A DNA stretch of 63,158 bases, counting the filler, from Chiloscyllium plagiosum (Eukaryota), in the NCBI RefSeq assembly GCF_004010195.1. It is 6 parts of one record of this genome, joined end to end, with 100 filler letters (N's around TTAATTAATTAA, not from the genome) between each part and the next. Parts side by side here need not be neighbours in the genome. Positions count along the whole stretch, not along the records: positions 19,365 to 31,921 come from NC_057710.1; positions 32,022 to 42,603 come from NC_057710.1; 4 more parts are not named here. One strand, given 5' to 3'. The position numbers and the translations under genes were made by a program. Under the pieces are notes generated by a model that saw nothing but the letters and a program-made list of their open reading frames with translations, was not told the origin of the DNA and searched no databases. Shown here in pieces: positions 24,540-37,597 of the stretch (position 1 is its first letter; each line of letters opens with the position of its first letter).

Positions 24540-26820
24540 TTCTTCTGCTGCCTCAGTCACCTTGCTTACTTTTTCAATCATGACTCCCACCTACCCTCTG
24601 AGAACCACTTCCCTCGCCACCAACATTTGTCTCTTGGACACCCCGTCCTGTCTCTTACCTGCCCTGGACCTCTTCCACTCCAACTGCTGCCGTGACACTA
24701 ACCACTTGAACCTATCCACCCCTCTCACCTGCTCAAACTCTCACACTCACAACACATAGCCCTTCATTCACTCTGCTCCAATCCAACCTCACCATCAAAC
24801 CATCGGACAAGGGGGGCACACCAGCAGTTTGGCGTACTGACCTCTACATCTCTGAAGTCAGACACCACGCACGGACACTTCCACCTACTGTCCCCTTGAC
24901 CATAACCTTACCTCCCATCACCAAACCATCATTTCCCAGACCATCCACAACCTCATCACCTCAGGGGATCGCCCATCCACAGCCTCCGACCTCATATTCC
25001 CAGAATCCCGCACAACCAATTCCTACCTCTTACCCACAATTCACAAACCTGACTGTCCCAGTTGACCTATTGTCTCCAGCTGCTCTTGCCCCACCGAACT
25101 TGTCTCCTCATACCTTGATACCGTCCTGCCCCACCCCCTTGGTCCAAAACGTCCCCACACACATTCGGGACACCACCCACACCCTCCACCTCCTCCATGA
25201 CTTTTGTTCCCCCAGCCACCAATGCCTCATCTTCACCATGGATATCGAGCCTCTATACACATCCATCTGCCATGACGAAGGTCTCCTGGCCCTTCGTTTC
25301 ATCCTCTCCCACCACCCAATCACACCCCTCGACCAACACATTCATTCCATTGGCAGAACTTGTTCTCACACCCAACAACTTCTCCTTCGAATCCTCCCAC
25401 TTCCTTCAGACCAAAAGTGCAGCCATGGGCACCCACATGGGCCCCAGTTATACCTGTCTGTGCATAGGATACAGGGAACAGTCCATCTTCCGCAGTTGCA
25501 CCTGCACCATCCACCACCTCTTCTGCCATTACATTGATGACTGCTCCCACGAGGAGGTGGAACAGTTCATCAACATCGCTAACACCTTCCACCCTGACCT
25601 GAAGTTCAGGTGGACCATCTCAGACACCTCAGTCCCCTTCCTAAACATCTCCGCATCCATCTCCAGTGAATGCCTCAACACAAATATCTATTTCAAACCT
25701 ACTGATTCCCATGGCGACCCAGATTACACCTCCTCTCCCTGCAAAAACACAATCCCTTACTTCCAATTCCTCCTCCTTTGCTGTATCTGCTCCCAGGAAG
25801 AGCAATTCCACTCCAGAACATCCCAGACGGCCTCCTATTTCAAGGACCACAATTGCCTCCTCACGCGATCAACAATGCCTTCCAGCACATCTCCACCACT
25901 TTCTGCACCTCCACCTGTGAATCCTACCCCTGCAAATATCCAGATTCAGCGCATCATCCTCTGCCATTTTCACCACCTACAATCAGACCCCAACACCAGA
26001 GACATAGGTCCCTTGCCCTATCTGCATTCCACAGAGACTCCCCTCTTGAGGTCCATGCGCTCCACCACTCCACACTCCATACCTGGTACCTTCCCTTGCT
26101 GCCGTAAGCGGTGTAAAACCTATACCCACACCGCTCCCCTCACGTCGTCCAAGGCCCCAAAGAATCTTTTCACATCCGCAGAGATTTTCCTGCACATCCA
26201 CCCACCTCATCCCCTGTATTGTTGGTCTCGATGTGGTCTTCTATACACTGAGGAGGCAGAATGCTAACTCACAGTACTTTTCAGAGAACATCTCCGGGAC
26301 ACATGCACCCAACAAACCCATCATCTTGTGATCGACTACTTCAACTCCCCCTCCCACTCCACCAAGAACAGGCAAGTCCTGGCCCTCCTCCATCACCAAG
26401 TTCAAGCCTCATGACATTGGAGGAAGAATGCCTCATCATCTGCCTTGGGACCCACATGGCAACAAGGTCGATTTCATCAGTTTCCTCATCTCCCCAGACC
26501 CTCACGTTATCCCAGATCCAACCTTCCAACTTGGCACTGTTCTCTTAACCACCTGTCCATCTTCCTTCCCACCTATCAGCTCCATCTCCCCATCTGCATT
26601 CACCTATCACCTTCTTATCTACCTCCTCCCCCAGCCTCACCACCGCCCTCCTATTTATCTCACAACTCTCTTCCACCCCCACCCCCCAAACATTCCTGAT
26701 GAAGGGCTTATTGCCTGAAACATTGACTCTCCTGCTCCTCGGATGCTGCCTGACCTGCCTTGCATTTCCAGTGCCACAGTTTTTAAATCTGACTCTCCAG
26801 CAACTACACTTTTCACTTTC
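24540..26820 (+). mobile_element. Degenerate Penelope-like element (RT, GIY-YIG, terminus with hammerhead)
   Basis: MDIEPLYTSI, AMGTHMGP, HYIDD, IYFKPT and CSRCGLLY-like motifs; ctgatgaagggc...gcctgaaa at 26696. Confidence 0.92.
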
Positions 26821-29808
26821 TCTTTTTCATATGCATAGTCCAGTTGAGGTTTGGGTCAATGGTAATCCGAAGATGTTGATAGTAGGGCATTCCGTGTTGG
26901 TAACACCATAGAATGTCAAGGGCTGGAGGTTTGATTCTTTCTCATTGGTGATGGTCATAGGCGTGCATGTCTGTAGCGTGTACGTTACTTGCCTCTTGTC
27001 ATCCAAAGCCTGGAGATTGTCCAGGATTTGTTGCATTTGTACTTGTACTGCTTCAGTCCCTGAGGATCACCAATGGTGCTGATCATCCCTTCCTTATGAT
27101 AGAGCTCATTAATGCAGCAGCTGAAGATGATTGGGCTGAGGATGCTTTCCTGAAGTACTCCTGCCTGCAGAGATGTCATGGAGATGATTGATTTCCAACA
27201 ACCACAACCATCTTCCAATCTTCCAGCTTTCCCCGATATCCATTGATTCCAGTTTTGCTCCAGTTCCTTGGTGTCAAAAAAGTGTAGCGATGGAAAAGCA
27301 CAGCAGGTCAGGCAGCTTCTGAGGAGCAGGAGAATCGACACTTTGGGCATGTACATTCTTCATGAAGGACTTACGCCCAAAACTTCGATTGTCCTGCTCC
27401 TCGGATGCTGCCTGACCTGCTGTGCTTTGCCAGCACCACACTTTTTGTCTCTGATCTCCAGCATCTGCAGTCCTCACTTTCCCCTTGAGCTCCTTGGTGT
27501 CACACACAGTCAAATGCAGCCTTGATGTCAACAGTTGTCATTCACCTCTACTCTGCAATTCAGCTCTTTTGGCCATGTTTGAATCAAGGCTGGAATGAGT
27601 CTGGAACTGAGTGGCCCTGGAGATTCACAAACTGGACGTCACTGAGCAGGTTATTGCTGAGCAGGTGCTGCTTGATAGCACTGTCGATGACCCCTTCCAT
27701 CACTTTACTGAATGGAATAAATGATGAGGTTGTAACTGGCTGGGTTACTGGTTCCCTTCATCCATTGCGGTTGAAACGTCCTCAAATTTCTCTATTAAAT
27801 TAGTCAGACACGATTTCTTTTTCAGGAACCCATGCTGACTCTCCTTGATTAGATGATGATTTTCCAAATGTTCTGCTATGATTTCCTTAATAATTGATTC
27901 CAATACTTTTCCAGTAATAGATGAAAGGTTAACCAGTCTGCAATTGCCTGCTTGTTGCCTCCCTTACTTTTCGAATAGCAGTGTCACAATGGCAGTTTTC
28001 CAGCCTCTGTTACTTCTCCAAACTCAAGGATCTTTGGAAAATTACAACCAATGCATCCATTATCTCTGTATCTGCTCTTTTATGATCCTAGGATTCAAGC
28101 CAGCAGGACCAGGGGGACCTTTTTGCCTATCGCCTCATTAGTTAATCTAATACTACTTCTCCAGTGATGGTGATGTTACTTCATCCCTCCCCTGTATTCT
28201 TCAGTCCTTAATCCAATGGTCCAAACTTGCAGACTGAGTCAAAGTTCCAACTTGCTGCTATTGCCTGAAACATTGACTCTCCTGCTCCTCGGATGCTGCC
28301 TGACCTGCCTTGCATTTCCAGTGCCACAGTTTTTAAATCTGACTCTCCAGCAACTACACTTTTCACTTTCTCTTCTTCATATGCATAGTCCAGTTGAGGT
28401 TTGGGTCAATGGTAATCCGAAGATGTTGATAGTAGGGCATTCCGTATTGGTAACACCATAGAATGTCAAGGGCTGGAGGTTTGATTCTTTCTCATTGGTG
28501 ATGGTCATAGACGTGCATGTCTGTAGCGTGTACGTTACTTGCCTCTTGTCATCCAAAGCCTGGATATTGTCCAGGATTTGTTGCATTTGTACTTGTACTG
28601 CTTCAGTACCTGAGGATCACCAATGGTGCTGATCATCCCTTCCTTATGATAGAGCTCATTAATGCAGCAGCTGAAGATGATTGGGCTGAGGATGCTTTCC
28701 TGAAGTACTCCTGCCTGCAGAGATGTCATGGAGATGACTGATTTCCAACAACCACAACCATCTTCCAATCTTCCAGCTTTCCCCCGATATCCATTGATTC
28801 CAATTTTGCTCCAGCTCCTTGGTGTCAAAAAAGTGTAGCGATGGAAAAGCACAGCAGGTCAGGCAGCTTCTGAGGAGCAGGAGAATCGACACTTTGGGCA
28901 TGTACATTCTTCATGAAGGACTTACGCCCAAAACGTCGATTGTCCTGCTCCTCGGATGCTGCCTGACCTGCTGTGCTTTGCCAGCACCACACTTTTCGAC
29001 TCTGATCTCCAGCATCTGCAGTCCTCACTTTCCCCTTGAGCTCCTTGGTGTCACACACAGTCAAATGCAGCCTTGATGTCAACAGTTGTCATTCACCTCT
29101 ACTCTGCAATTCAGCTCTTTTGGCCATGTTTGAATCAAGGCTGGAATGAGTCTGGAACTGAGTGGCCCTGGAGATTCACAAACTGGACGTCACTGAGCAG
29201 GTTATTGCTGAGCAGGTGCTGCTTGATAGCACTGTCGATGACCCCTTCCATCACTTTACTGAATGGAATAAATGATGAGGTTGTAACTGGCTGGGTTACT
29301 GGTTCCCTTCATCCATTGCGGTTGAAACGTCCTCAAATTTCTCTATTAAATTAGTCAGACACGATTTCTTTTTCAGGAACCCATGCTGACTCTCCTTGAT
29401 TAGATGATGATTTTCCAAATGTTCTGCTATGATTTCCTTAATAATTGATTCCAATACTTTTCCAGTAATAGATGAAAGGTTAACCAGTCTGCAATTTTCT
29501 GCTTGTTGCCTCCTTTACTTTTCGAATAGCAGTGTCACAATGGCAGTTTTCCAGCCTCTGTTACTTCTCCAAACTCAAGGATCTTTGGAAAATTATAACC
29601 AATGCATCCATTATCTCTGTATCTGCTCTTTTATGATCCTAGGATTCAAGCCAGCAGGACCAGGGGGACCTTTTTGCCTATCGCCTCATTAGTTAATCTA
29701 ATACTACTTCTCCAGTGATGGTGATGTTACTTCATCCCTCCCCTGTATTCTTCAGTCCTTAATCCAATGGTCCAAACTTGCAGACTGAGTCAAAGTTCCA
29801 ACTTGCTG
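26709..29808. repeat. Tandem duplication of about 1550 bp (26709-28257 and 28259-29808), about 99% identical
   Basis: Collinear copies offset by 1550-1551 bp; paired near-identical ORFs in the track. Confidence 0.95.
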
Positions 29809-30529
29809 ATAGACCTGGGTGCCTGATGGCAGAAGCAGTGATTTTGGTCCCAGTGCAGGGTCCTGCAGCATCAGCAGCAGCATCAAGGTCAACCCAGCGT
29901 GAAATCATGGTGGCACTGGTGGAAGTGAGATGGCACCAGAGAGTGGTGACTCTTTGTTGCAGTGGCTGCAGTGTGGTGAAACATGGTTGCTGCAGTGTGG
30001 TCAGCTTCACAGTATGGACTCAAGGACCAGGGTAGAGGAGCTGAGCTAGAAACAAGAGCTGTACCAAAGACCACCTCACTTTGGCAAGATTATAAGATGA
30101 ACTTCATTGTTTATTTTGGTTTATTATCTGTGTTTTGGTTTACTTTCTGGGTTTTAAGAGGTCGCTGCATAGTGATATCATTAAACAACACTTTTCACTG
30201 TAATAAATACATGTCACAAGAAATTAATCAAATCAACGTTGTTCAAAGTATATTCCACTGTAAAGTCGTTGCAAAATATCTGTTCAACTCCTCTGTTATT
30301 TCCTTCTTCTCCAAAGCTGTCTCTCTTGATTCATTTTCTCAGGGGCTGAGGTTCATTGTGACCTCTTCTTCCTTCTTATATATTTAAAAAGCTCTAATTC
30401 ACAATTTTAAAATCCTTGCTAGCTTGCCCTCATCGTTTATTTTCTACATCTTTATAATTATTTTCATTCTTCTTTGTAGATTCTGAATTTATCCAAGACT
30501 TCGGGATTGTCATTGATTTTGGCCATTTG

Positions 30530-30880
30530 TTTACAATCCCTACAGTACGGAAACAGGCCATTTGGCCCAACAAGTCCATGCTGTCCCTCTGAAGAACATG
30601 CCACCCTAGACCACCCGCCGATCCTATCCCTGCAACCCTGCATTTCCCATGGCTAATCCATCTAACCTACACGTCCCTGAATACTATGGGCAATTTCATG
30701 TTGCCAATTAACCTAACCAGCACATCTTTGTGGGAGGAAACCAGAGCACCCAGTGGGAACCCAGACATACATGGAGAGAAAGTGCCACCTCCACACAGAC
30801 AGTTGCCTGAGGGAGGAATTGAACCCAAGACCCTGGTGCAGTGAGGCAGCAGTATTAACCACTGAGCTACCATGCTGTCC
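30530..30880 (-). mobile_element. HE1-type SINE, older copy. Similar copies at 33810-34142 (-) and a partial one at 31515-31680
   Basis: Reverse complement gives A-box ggtagctcagtgg and B-box ggttcaattcc; body resembles 39335-39698. Confidence 0.85.
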
Positions 30881-31195
30881 TCCTTCTATATTTTTTCTTT
30901 CAACTTAATGCTCTCCTCAATATCCTTGGTTAGCCATAGTTGGGCATATCTGTCTCTGAGAATCCCCTTCTTGGGGGGGATGCCAGTGTACCAGCTTCTG
31001 GATGTGCTTGGATAGTGGCACAAATATTTCTGGAGCACAAGTCATGACTTACAGGCACAAATATTTCTGGAGCACAAGTCATGACTTACACATAAAAACT
31101 GCATGAACTCCTTGGCCTTTACAAAAGATGAATGCTCTGTCAGTATTTCTTGAGTCTAGGACAGTGTTCTGTTAATGGTGATTTCTCTTTTACAG

Positions 31196-31280
31196 AGGGG
31201 GCCGTTTTGACGAAGGTGTTGTAGGTTTGGCACCTTTAGGTACTATGTGTTCAGCAAGACTTTCTGGAGGAGTAAACTCA
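31196..31280 (+). CDS. ADAM15-like: ADAM exon: (I)GGRFDEGVVGLAPLGTMCSARLSGGVNS
   Basis: Acceptor atttctcttttacag, donor gtgagt; 85 nt, phase 2-0, in frame with neighbours. Carries the GLAxxxxMCS...SGGV motif. Confidence 0.95.
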
Positions 31281-31893
31281 GTGAGTATTCTCTCACTCTT
31301 CGATTTTCTTCCTCACTGTGGATTGTAACACCCTGCTCTCATCTAATATTGACCAGAACTTTTACTTCAACAAAGCTTAAAATAAACGTGAATCAACATC
31401 AATTAACAGAGCAATTGCTATCACTGCACATGCAACTAGCCTTTGTCTACTATGAGCAACTGGATCTAGCCTTTGCTTTTTTTCAGTCTTCTGCCCGTAC
31501 ATCACTGGGTAATCATAGAATCCCTACAGTGTGGAAACAAGCCCTTTGGCCCTAAAGGTCCACACCGACCCTCTGAACAGTAACCCAACCAGACCCACAC
31601 CGCTACATTAAGCACCTAACCTACACATCTGTAAACACTATGGACAATTTAACCTGGCCAATTCACCTAATCTGCACATAGAACATAGAACTTTACAACG
31701 CAGTACAGGCCCTTCGGCCCTCGATGTTGCACTGACCTGTGGAACCAATTTGAAGCCTATCTATCCTACACTATTCTATTTTCATCCATATGTCTAACTA
31801 ACGACTATCTAAATGCACTTAAGGTTGGTGAGTTGAGAGTGTGGTGCTGGAAAAGCACAGCAGGTCAGGCAGCATTCGAGGAGCAGGAGAATC

Positions 31894-31921
31894 GATGTTT
31901 CGGGCCGGAGCCCTTCATCAG
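31894..31921 (-). ncRNA. Minimal hammerhead ribozyme motif in a PLE terminus
   Basis: Reverse complement CTGATGA-A-GGGC-TCCG-GCCC-GAAA-C-ATC. Confidence 0.7.
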
Positions 31922-32021
31922 NNNNNNNNNNNNNNNNNNNNNNNNNNNNNNNNNNNNNNNNNNNNTTAATTAATTAANNNNNNNNNNNNNNNNNNNNNNN
32001 NNNNNNNNNNNNNNNNNNNNN

Positions 32022-32260
32022 TTGAATACACATATGAACAGATTTAAGAACAGGTTCTTCCCTGTTTGTATCTGTCTTTTGAACAGACCTCTCCAATGTT
32101 AATTCTGATCTCTCTCTCTGCACCTTCTCTGTGGTTGTAACATTGCATTCTGCACAGTGTTCTGCCACCCTGATAGACTTTGTATGGTAGATCTGCCTGA
32201 ATAGCCTGCAAAGCAATACTGTACAATGTATCTCAGTACATGTGACCACAATAAATCGAT
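32022..32260 (+). mobile_element. Probable Rex1/Babar-type LINE 3' end. An RT-like piece at about 24380-24530 may be related
   Basis: RFKNxFFP-like C-terminus and 3'UTR ending ...cagtacatgtgaccacaataaatc; NWILDLLT at 24.4 kb. Confidence 0.5.
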
Positions 32261-32261
32261 T

Positions 32262-32750
32262 AATATGGTTGGGTTTTGCCAGATGGGATCTTTTTGCGCC
32301 CACAGTCTGATATTGTCTGTGGTGACTGGAAGGGTGGCCAGAAATCTTAAAATCAGAATGGACTCTTTCTGGTGAATCACCCAGTGAGAGGTGGGCTAAG
32401 GCATCCGCATTTGCTACTGGGCCTCCTCGATTGTGTTTCACCTTGTATTTGGACCCAATTAGAATGAGAGCTCACCATTGAATTTGACCTGAAGCTGTAT
32501 GTGTGGCGAGGCCTTGGCCTTCCAGTAATCCTAGTATCAGTTGGTGGTCCGTTACTATTACATTCATAAAGATATTTATGGAACTTTCTTACACCAAAGA
32601 TAACTGTAAAACCTTCCATTTCTATGTGGGCATATTTGCTCTCTGCATCAGGCAAACTCCGGGAAGTATACGTTATTGGGCGTTTCTATCCATTGTGAGC
32701 CAACACTATCCCAGTTCTCAATCTTCAAGCCAATCATGTTTTTGGCAATT
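32262..32750 (-). mobile_element. Gypsy/Ty3 pol fragment (RNase H to integrase linker)
   Basis: AESKYAHIEMEGFTVIFGVRKFHKYLY; VANADAL; IRLWAQKDPI. Confidence 0.85.
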
Positions 32751-32815
32751 ATATGAACCTTTTCCATGAAGCTAATAAAATCTCTACAGACTTTATTTTT
32801 CCTCTTTCCTCTCAG

Positions 32816-32961
32816 GACAACCGGCCCAGCTATTTGGTCGCTTCTGTGATCCTTGCGCATGAAATGGGACACAATTTTCAGATGAGACATGATGATTCTG
32901 CTCGGAAATGTAAATGCGCAGACAGGTTCGCTGGCTACTGCATCATGGAAGCAGGACTTGG
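32816..32961 (+). CDS. ADAM15-like: ADAM zinc-binding exon: DNRPSYLVASVILAHEMGHNFQMRHDDSARKCKCADRFAGYCIMEAGLG
   Basis: Acceptor ttcctctttcctctcag, donor gtgagg; 146 nt, phase 0-2. HExxHxxxxxHD motif plus CIM Met-turn. Confidence 0.96.
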
Positions 32962-34971
32962 GTGAGGAATATATTCAAAAATTGTGAAAAGCCGTTGGGC
33001 AATATCATTCTGATTATAATATTTAGGAGTGAGAACTGAGAGGAGGTTAGAAGGACAGAAAATATATTAGGATGTAAATAAGCATATAACACTGAAGAAA
33101 ACCCAAAGTCTTTTACTGATCTCTGTCATCAGTGAAATCCTGAAAGAGTCTTGAACACTGCATGTTGTCCTCCTGGGACAATATTGAGGCTTGGGCTGTA
33201 AAACGGCAAGTAACATGTGAGCCACCCAAATGCCGGGCAATGATCATGTCCACCCAGAGAGCATCTACCCATCGCATCTTGATATTCAATGGCATTGCAA
33301 TCAGTGAAAGACTACTATCAACATCTTTGGTATTATCATTGACCAGAAACTCGACTGGAATAGCAAAATGAATACAATGGCTACAAAGCTGGCCAGAGGG
33401 TAGATAACCAGCAGTGGGTAGATCACCTCTTGACTCATTCCTGATGAAGAGCTTTTGCCTGAAACAGCGATTTTCCTGCTCCTCAGATGCTACCTGCCTA
33501 GCTGTGCTTTTCCAGCACCACTCTAATCTTGTTCCCAAAGTCTGTCCATCAGGACAGTGATGCAATACACCCTGTCTGCCTGGATACAGCTCCAAGAACA
33601 CTCAAAAAGCTTGATATCATTCAGGAGAAAGCAGCCACTGAATTCGCACTCCCTCCACTAACATACACTCCCTCCACTATTGAGGCTCAGTAACAACAGT
33701 GTGTACCAGATATACTGCAGGAATTCATGGAAGATCCTCAGACAGCACCTTCCAAATTTATGATCACTACCATCTCGAAGGACAAGGAATTACATTATTA
33801 GATTTTTTTAATTAGAATCCCCACGGTATGGAAACAGGCCCTTAGGCCCAACAAGTCCACACTGACCCTCTGAAGAGTATCTCACCCAAACCTATTCCCC
33901 TATATTTACTCCTGACTAATACCCCTAACTTACGTATCCCTGAACACTTTGGGCAATTTGGCATGGTCAATTTACCCGAACCTGCACATCTCTGAATTGT
34001 GGGAGGAAACCAGAGCATCCGGAGAAAACCCACGCAGACACAGGGACAATGTGCAAACTCCACACAGACAGTTGCCCGAGGCTGGAATCGAATCTGGGTC
34101 ACTGACGCAGTGAGGCAGCAGTGCTAACCATACTGAGCTGCCCCTCGCAGGTATATCGGAAACCCGCCACCTACAAGCTTCATACTTTCACTGTCGCTTG
34201 TACTCTGAGGACTGTCAAATGTTGGAAGGATGAAAATAAAATGCTTGAAATATGCAGGTTTGACAACATCCTGTGGAGAGTGATAGACTCATACAGCACG
34301 GGAACAGACCCTTCGGTCCAACATGTCTGCACCGACCAGACATCCCAATCTGACTTCACCCAATTTGCCAGTATTTGATCCATATCCATCTGAACCTTCC
34401 TATTCATGTACCCATCTAGATGGCTTTTAATTGTTGTAATTGTACCAACTTCCACCACTTCTTCTGGCAGCTTGTTCCTAACATGCACCATCCTCGAGAT
34501 AAAAAAGTCAAATCTCAGGTCCTTTGTAAATCTTTCCCGTCTCACCTTAAACCTATAAGAGAACGATAGTTAACATTTCATTTGGGTGATCTTTCAGTAA
34601 GACTGGGAAAAGAGACACAACTGTCATAATATCAAATAAGAGGAAATCTAAGCCTTTATCTCAATCCAAAGGATATCCATGACAAGTGGATTTCTTCATG
34701 TCACTGGGTCAAAATCCTGGAATTCCTTCCCTCAAGGCATTGTGGGTCAAACTAAAACACACGGATTGCAGCGGTTCAAGAGGCAGCTTGCCAACACCTT
34801 CCCAACTGCAACGAGGGACAAGCGTTAAATGCTGGCCAGCCAGCAATACTCACATCCCATGAATGTATATGAAAATTAAAAGGAAGGACATTACATTTTC
34901 TGTTTCTTTGTATTCATCCATGGGATGTGGGTATCCGCCATTCAATCTTATCATGGCTGATCATCTAACTC

Positions 34972-35200
34972 AGTGTGTTGTTGGAAAAGCACAGCCAGCC
35001 CGGCAGCATCCGAGGAGCAGGAGAATCAATGTTTCGAGCATAAGCTCTCCATCAGGAATCTTCATGATTCATTCCTGATGAAGAGCTTATGCTCATAACA
35101 TCGATTCTCCTGCTCCGTGGATGCTGTCTGACTGGCTGTGTTTTTCCAGCAACATACTCTTTGACTCTGATCTCCAGCATCTGCAATGCTCACTTTCTCC
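34972..35200. mobile_element. Palindromic PLE-terminus element with two degenerate hammerhead cores
   Basis: Inverted arms around about 35063; stem II variant GAGC-TTAT-GCTC in both arms. Confidence 0.82.
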
Positions 35201-35499
35201 TAATCCAATTTTATGCTTTTGAGGTACTTTTAAACTCCAGTGAATATAACTGATCCAGTCTCTCTTCACATACTTGCTCATGCTTCAGTTAATGATCCAA
35301 GGAGTAAATCTTTTGTCATTCTGTTTGAAATTTGGCCCCTAAATGGTCATCGCATTACACTCCTGCTGCCAAGCTCCCAGGTAAATCAAATCCTTTCTAT
35401 TTCTCTTTTTTCTCCAACCACTATGAATTGTGGATATTGTGGAAAATTAAACTGTATGGAATTTAGGCAGTGTACTGAGATGGATACAAAAGTTGGTAA

Positions 35500-36340
35500 G
35501 AAGATGTGAAACAAGCAGTCGGAACAAATGGGCCTTTCTCTGAATGGTAGGCAGTGATTCATGGGAAACTGCAGGTATCAGTATTCAGGCCACAACTATT
35601 CATGATATATATTAATGCATAATCTCAAAACGTGCAGACAACACAAAGCTGGTTGGAATGGTGAGCTGTGACAAGGATGCAGAAATATTGCAAAATGATT
35701 TCAACAGCCTTAGCGAGAGGATTTGAGAACAGGAACAAGAATGTCTTTCTGCAATTATGCAAGGGAACTGGGGAGGCTACTCCTGAAATATTGCGTGCAG
35801 TTTTAGTCTCCTTGCCTGAAGAAGGATGTTCTTACTATAGAGGGACTGCAGCGAACATCTACCAGTTTGATTTCTGGGATGACAGGACTGGCGTATGAGG
35901 ACAGGCTGAATTGATTCGGATTCTATTCACTGGAATTTAGAAGAATGGGGTGGGGGGAATCTCAATTGATGCTGTCAAAATTCTCATAGGATTACACAGG
36001 CTAGATGCAGAAAGGATGTTCTCCATGATGGGTGAGTCCAGAACCAGGAATCATAGTTTAAGTATATGGGGTAAACCTTTTAGGACTGAGATGAAGAGAA
36101 ATTTCTTCACCTAGAGAGTGGTGAGCCTGCGGAATTCACTGCCACAGGAACAGTTTGAAGTCAAAATATTGTGTGTTTTCAAGAAGGAGGTAGATATGGC
36201 TTTTGTCGCTAAAGGGATCAAAGGATATGGGGGAGAGCAGAATTACAGTATTGAGCTCGATGATCAGCCATGATCACATTGAATGGTGTTGCAGGCTTGA
36301 GGGGTCGAATGATTTACGCTTGCTCCTAACTTCTCTGCTT
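35500..36340 (+). mobile_element. CR1 3' fragment, degenerate
   Basis: RGFENRNK and YSLEFRR motifs; RNFFT..VVSL-like 3' end. Confidence 0.8.
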
Positions 36341-37215
36341 CTTGGCATTCAAACCAGCTTCTCACAACACCATCTCTAGCATGGTATAAAGAGGGTGAAA
36401 CAATCCCATAACTTATGGAGTTCAGCACATAACTGAAAAGACAAGGCTGAAACATTTGCAACAAACTTCAGCAAGAAGTGATGAGTAGATGATCCATCTT
36501 GCTCTCCTCCACAGGTGTCAAATCATTTATAAAGACAAAAATAGTTAGGAGCCAACATTGATCCTTGTAACGATCCATTAATTACATCTTCTTGGCCTAT
36601 TTATGACTACAAACAACTAATCTTTTATCTGTGGCAATATTCTACTCTTTACATCATGAGCCTTTCTTTTCCACAATAGCCTTTGATGTGGAACTTCTGA
36701 AACACTAAGGACACCTGTTCCCCTTGATCTATTGCTCATATAACTTCCACAAGTAATGAGGGGGAGGCAATGGCATTTTGATAACGTCACTAGACCTGCA
36801 ATCCAGAACCCCAGTTAATATTCTAGGGACATCACTGTGGGAGATAATGACATTTGGATTCAATAGTAATCTCAAAATAAAATGTTCGTCTAATAGTGAC
36901 CATGAAATCATCAATTGTTGGAAGCCCTATCTGATTCACGAATATCCTTTAGGTAAGGAAATTGCTGTCCTTACCTCTACTGTCTGACATGTGACTCCAT
37001 ATCTCCAGAAATGTGGTTGACTCTTCACTGTGCACTGGGCAGTTATAGATGGGAACAAATGCAGCCAAGTGAGCCAAAGCCCACATTCCATGATGAATAT
37101 TTAAAATAGAGTTATCTGGTTCCACTTCTCCATCTGCAATCCTGCAATTCTGTCTTCTCTGGCTTTTGTGTTTTCTTCGTGCCCCTTTGACACTCTTGTG
37201 CATTTTTATCTTCAG

Positions 37216-37393
37216 TTTAGTTATGCCAACAGCCTTCAGCAGTTGCAGCCGACAGGACCTGGTGAACAGCATTGGCCGTGGTCTTGGGATGTGTCTGTAC
37301 AACTTACCAAACCTTGACCAGCTGGTTGCAGGCCAAGAGTGTGGCAACCTTTTCTTGGAGAAAGGCGAGGATTGTGACTGTGGCAGACCTGTG
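37216..37393 (+). CDS. ADAM15-like: ADAM exon, catalytic C-terminus and disintegrin start: LVMPTAFSSCSRQDL...MCLYNLP...ECGNLFLEKGEDCDCGRPV
   Basis: Acceptor tttttatcttcag, donor gtaagg; 178 nt, phase 2-0. FSSCS, CLxN and CGNxxxExGExCDCG motifs. Confidence 0.96.
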
Positions 37394-37597
37394 GTAAGGA
37401 GAAGACTGAGGAGTCTGGTCATCAGGCTTCGCAGTGGGGTTTACAATACAATGTTTATTCTGTGCATGAGAAGCTTTGTGCAAATGTAGAATTGGTTCCA
37501 AATTGAATCTGAAATCCGAACTGGAACATGTTGATTTAGTTTTAATAAGCTTTTGCTTTAAACATAATATAACACTTGAAGAAAAAAACTGTTCATC

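Noticed and set aside
25197..26267. 356-aa ORF, the longest in the window, as a domesticated gene
   Set aside because: It is a decayed Penelope RT with frameshifts and deletions relative to the younger copy at 45.5 kb.
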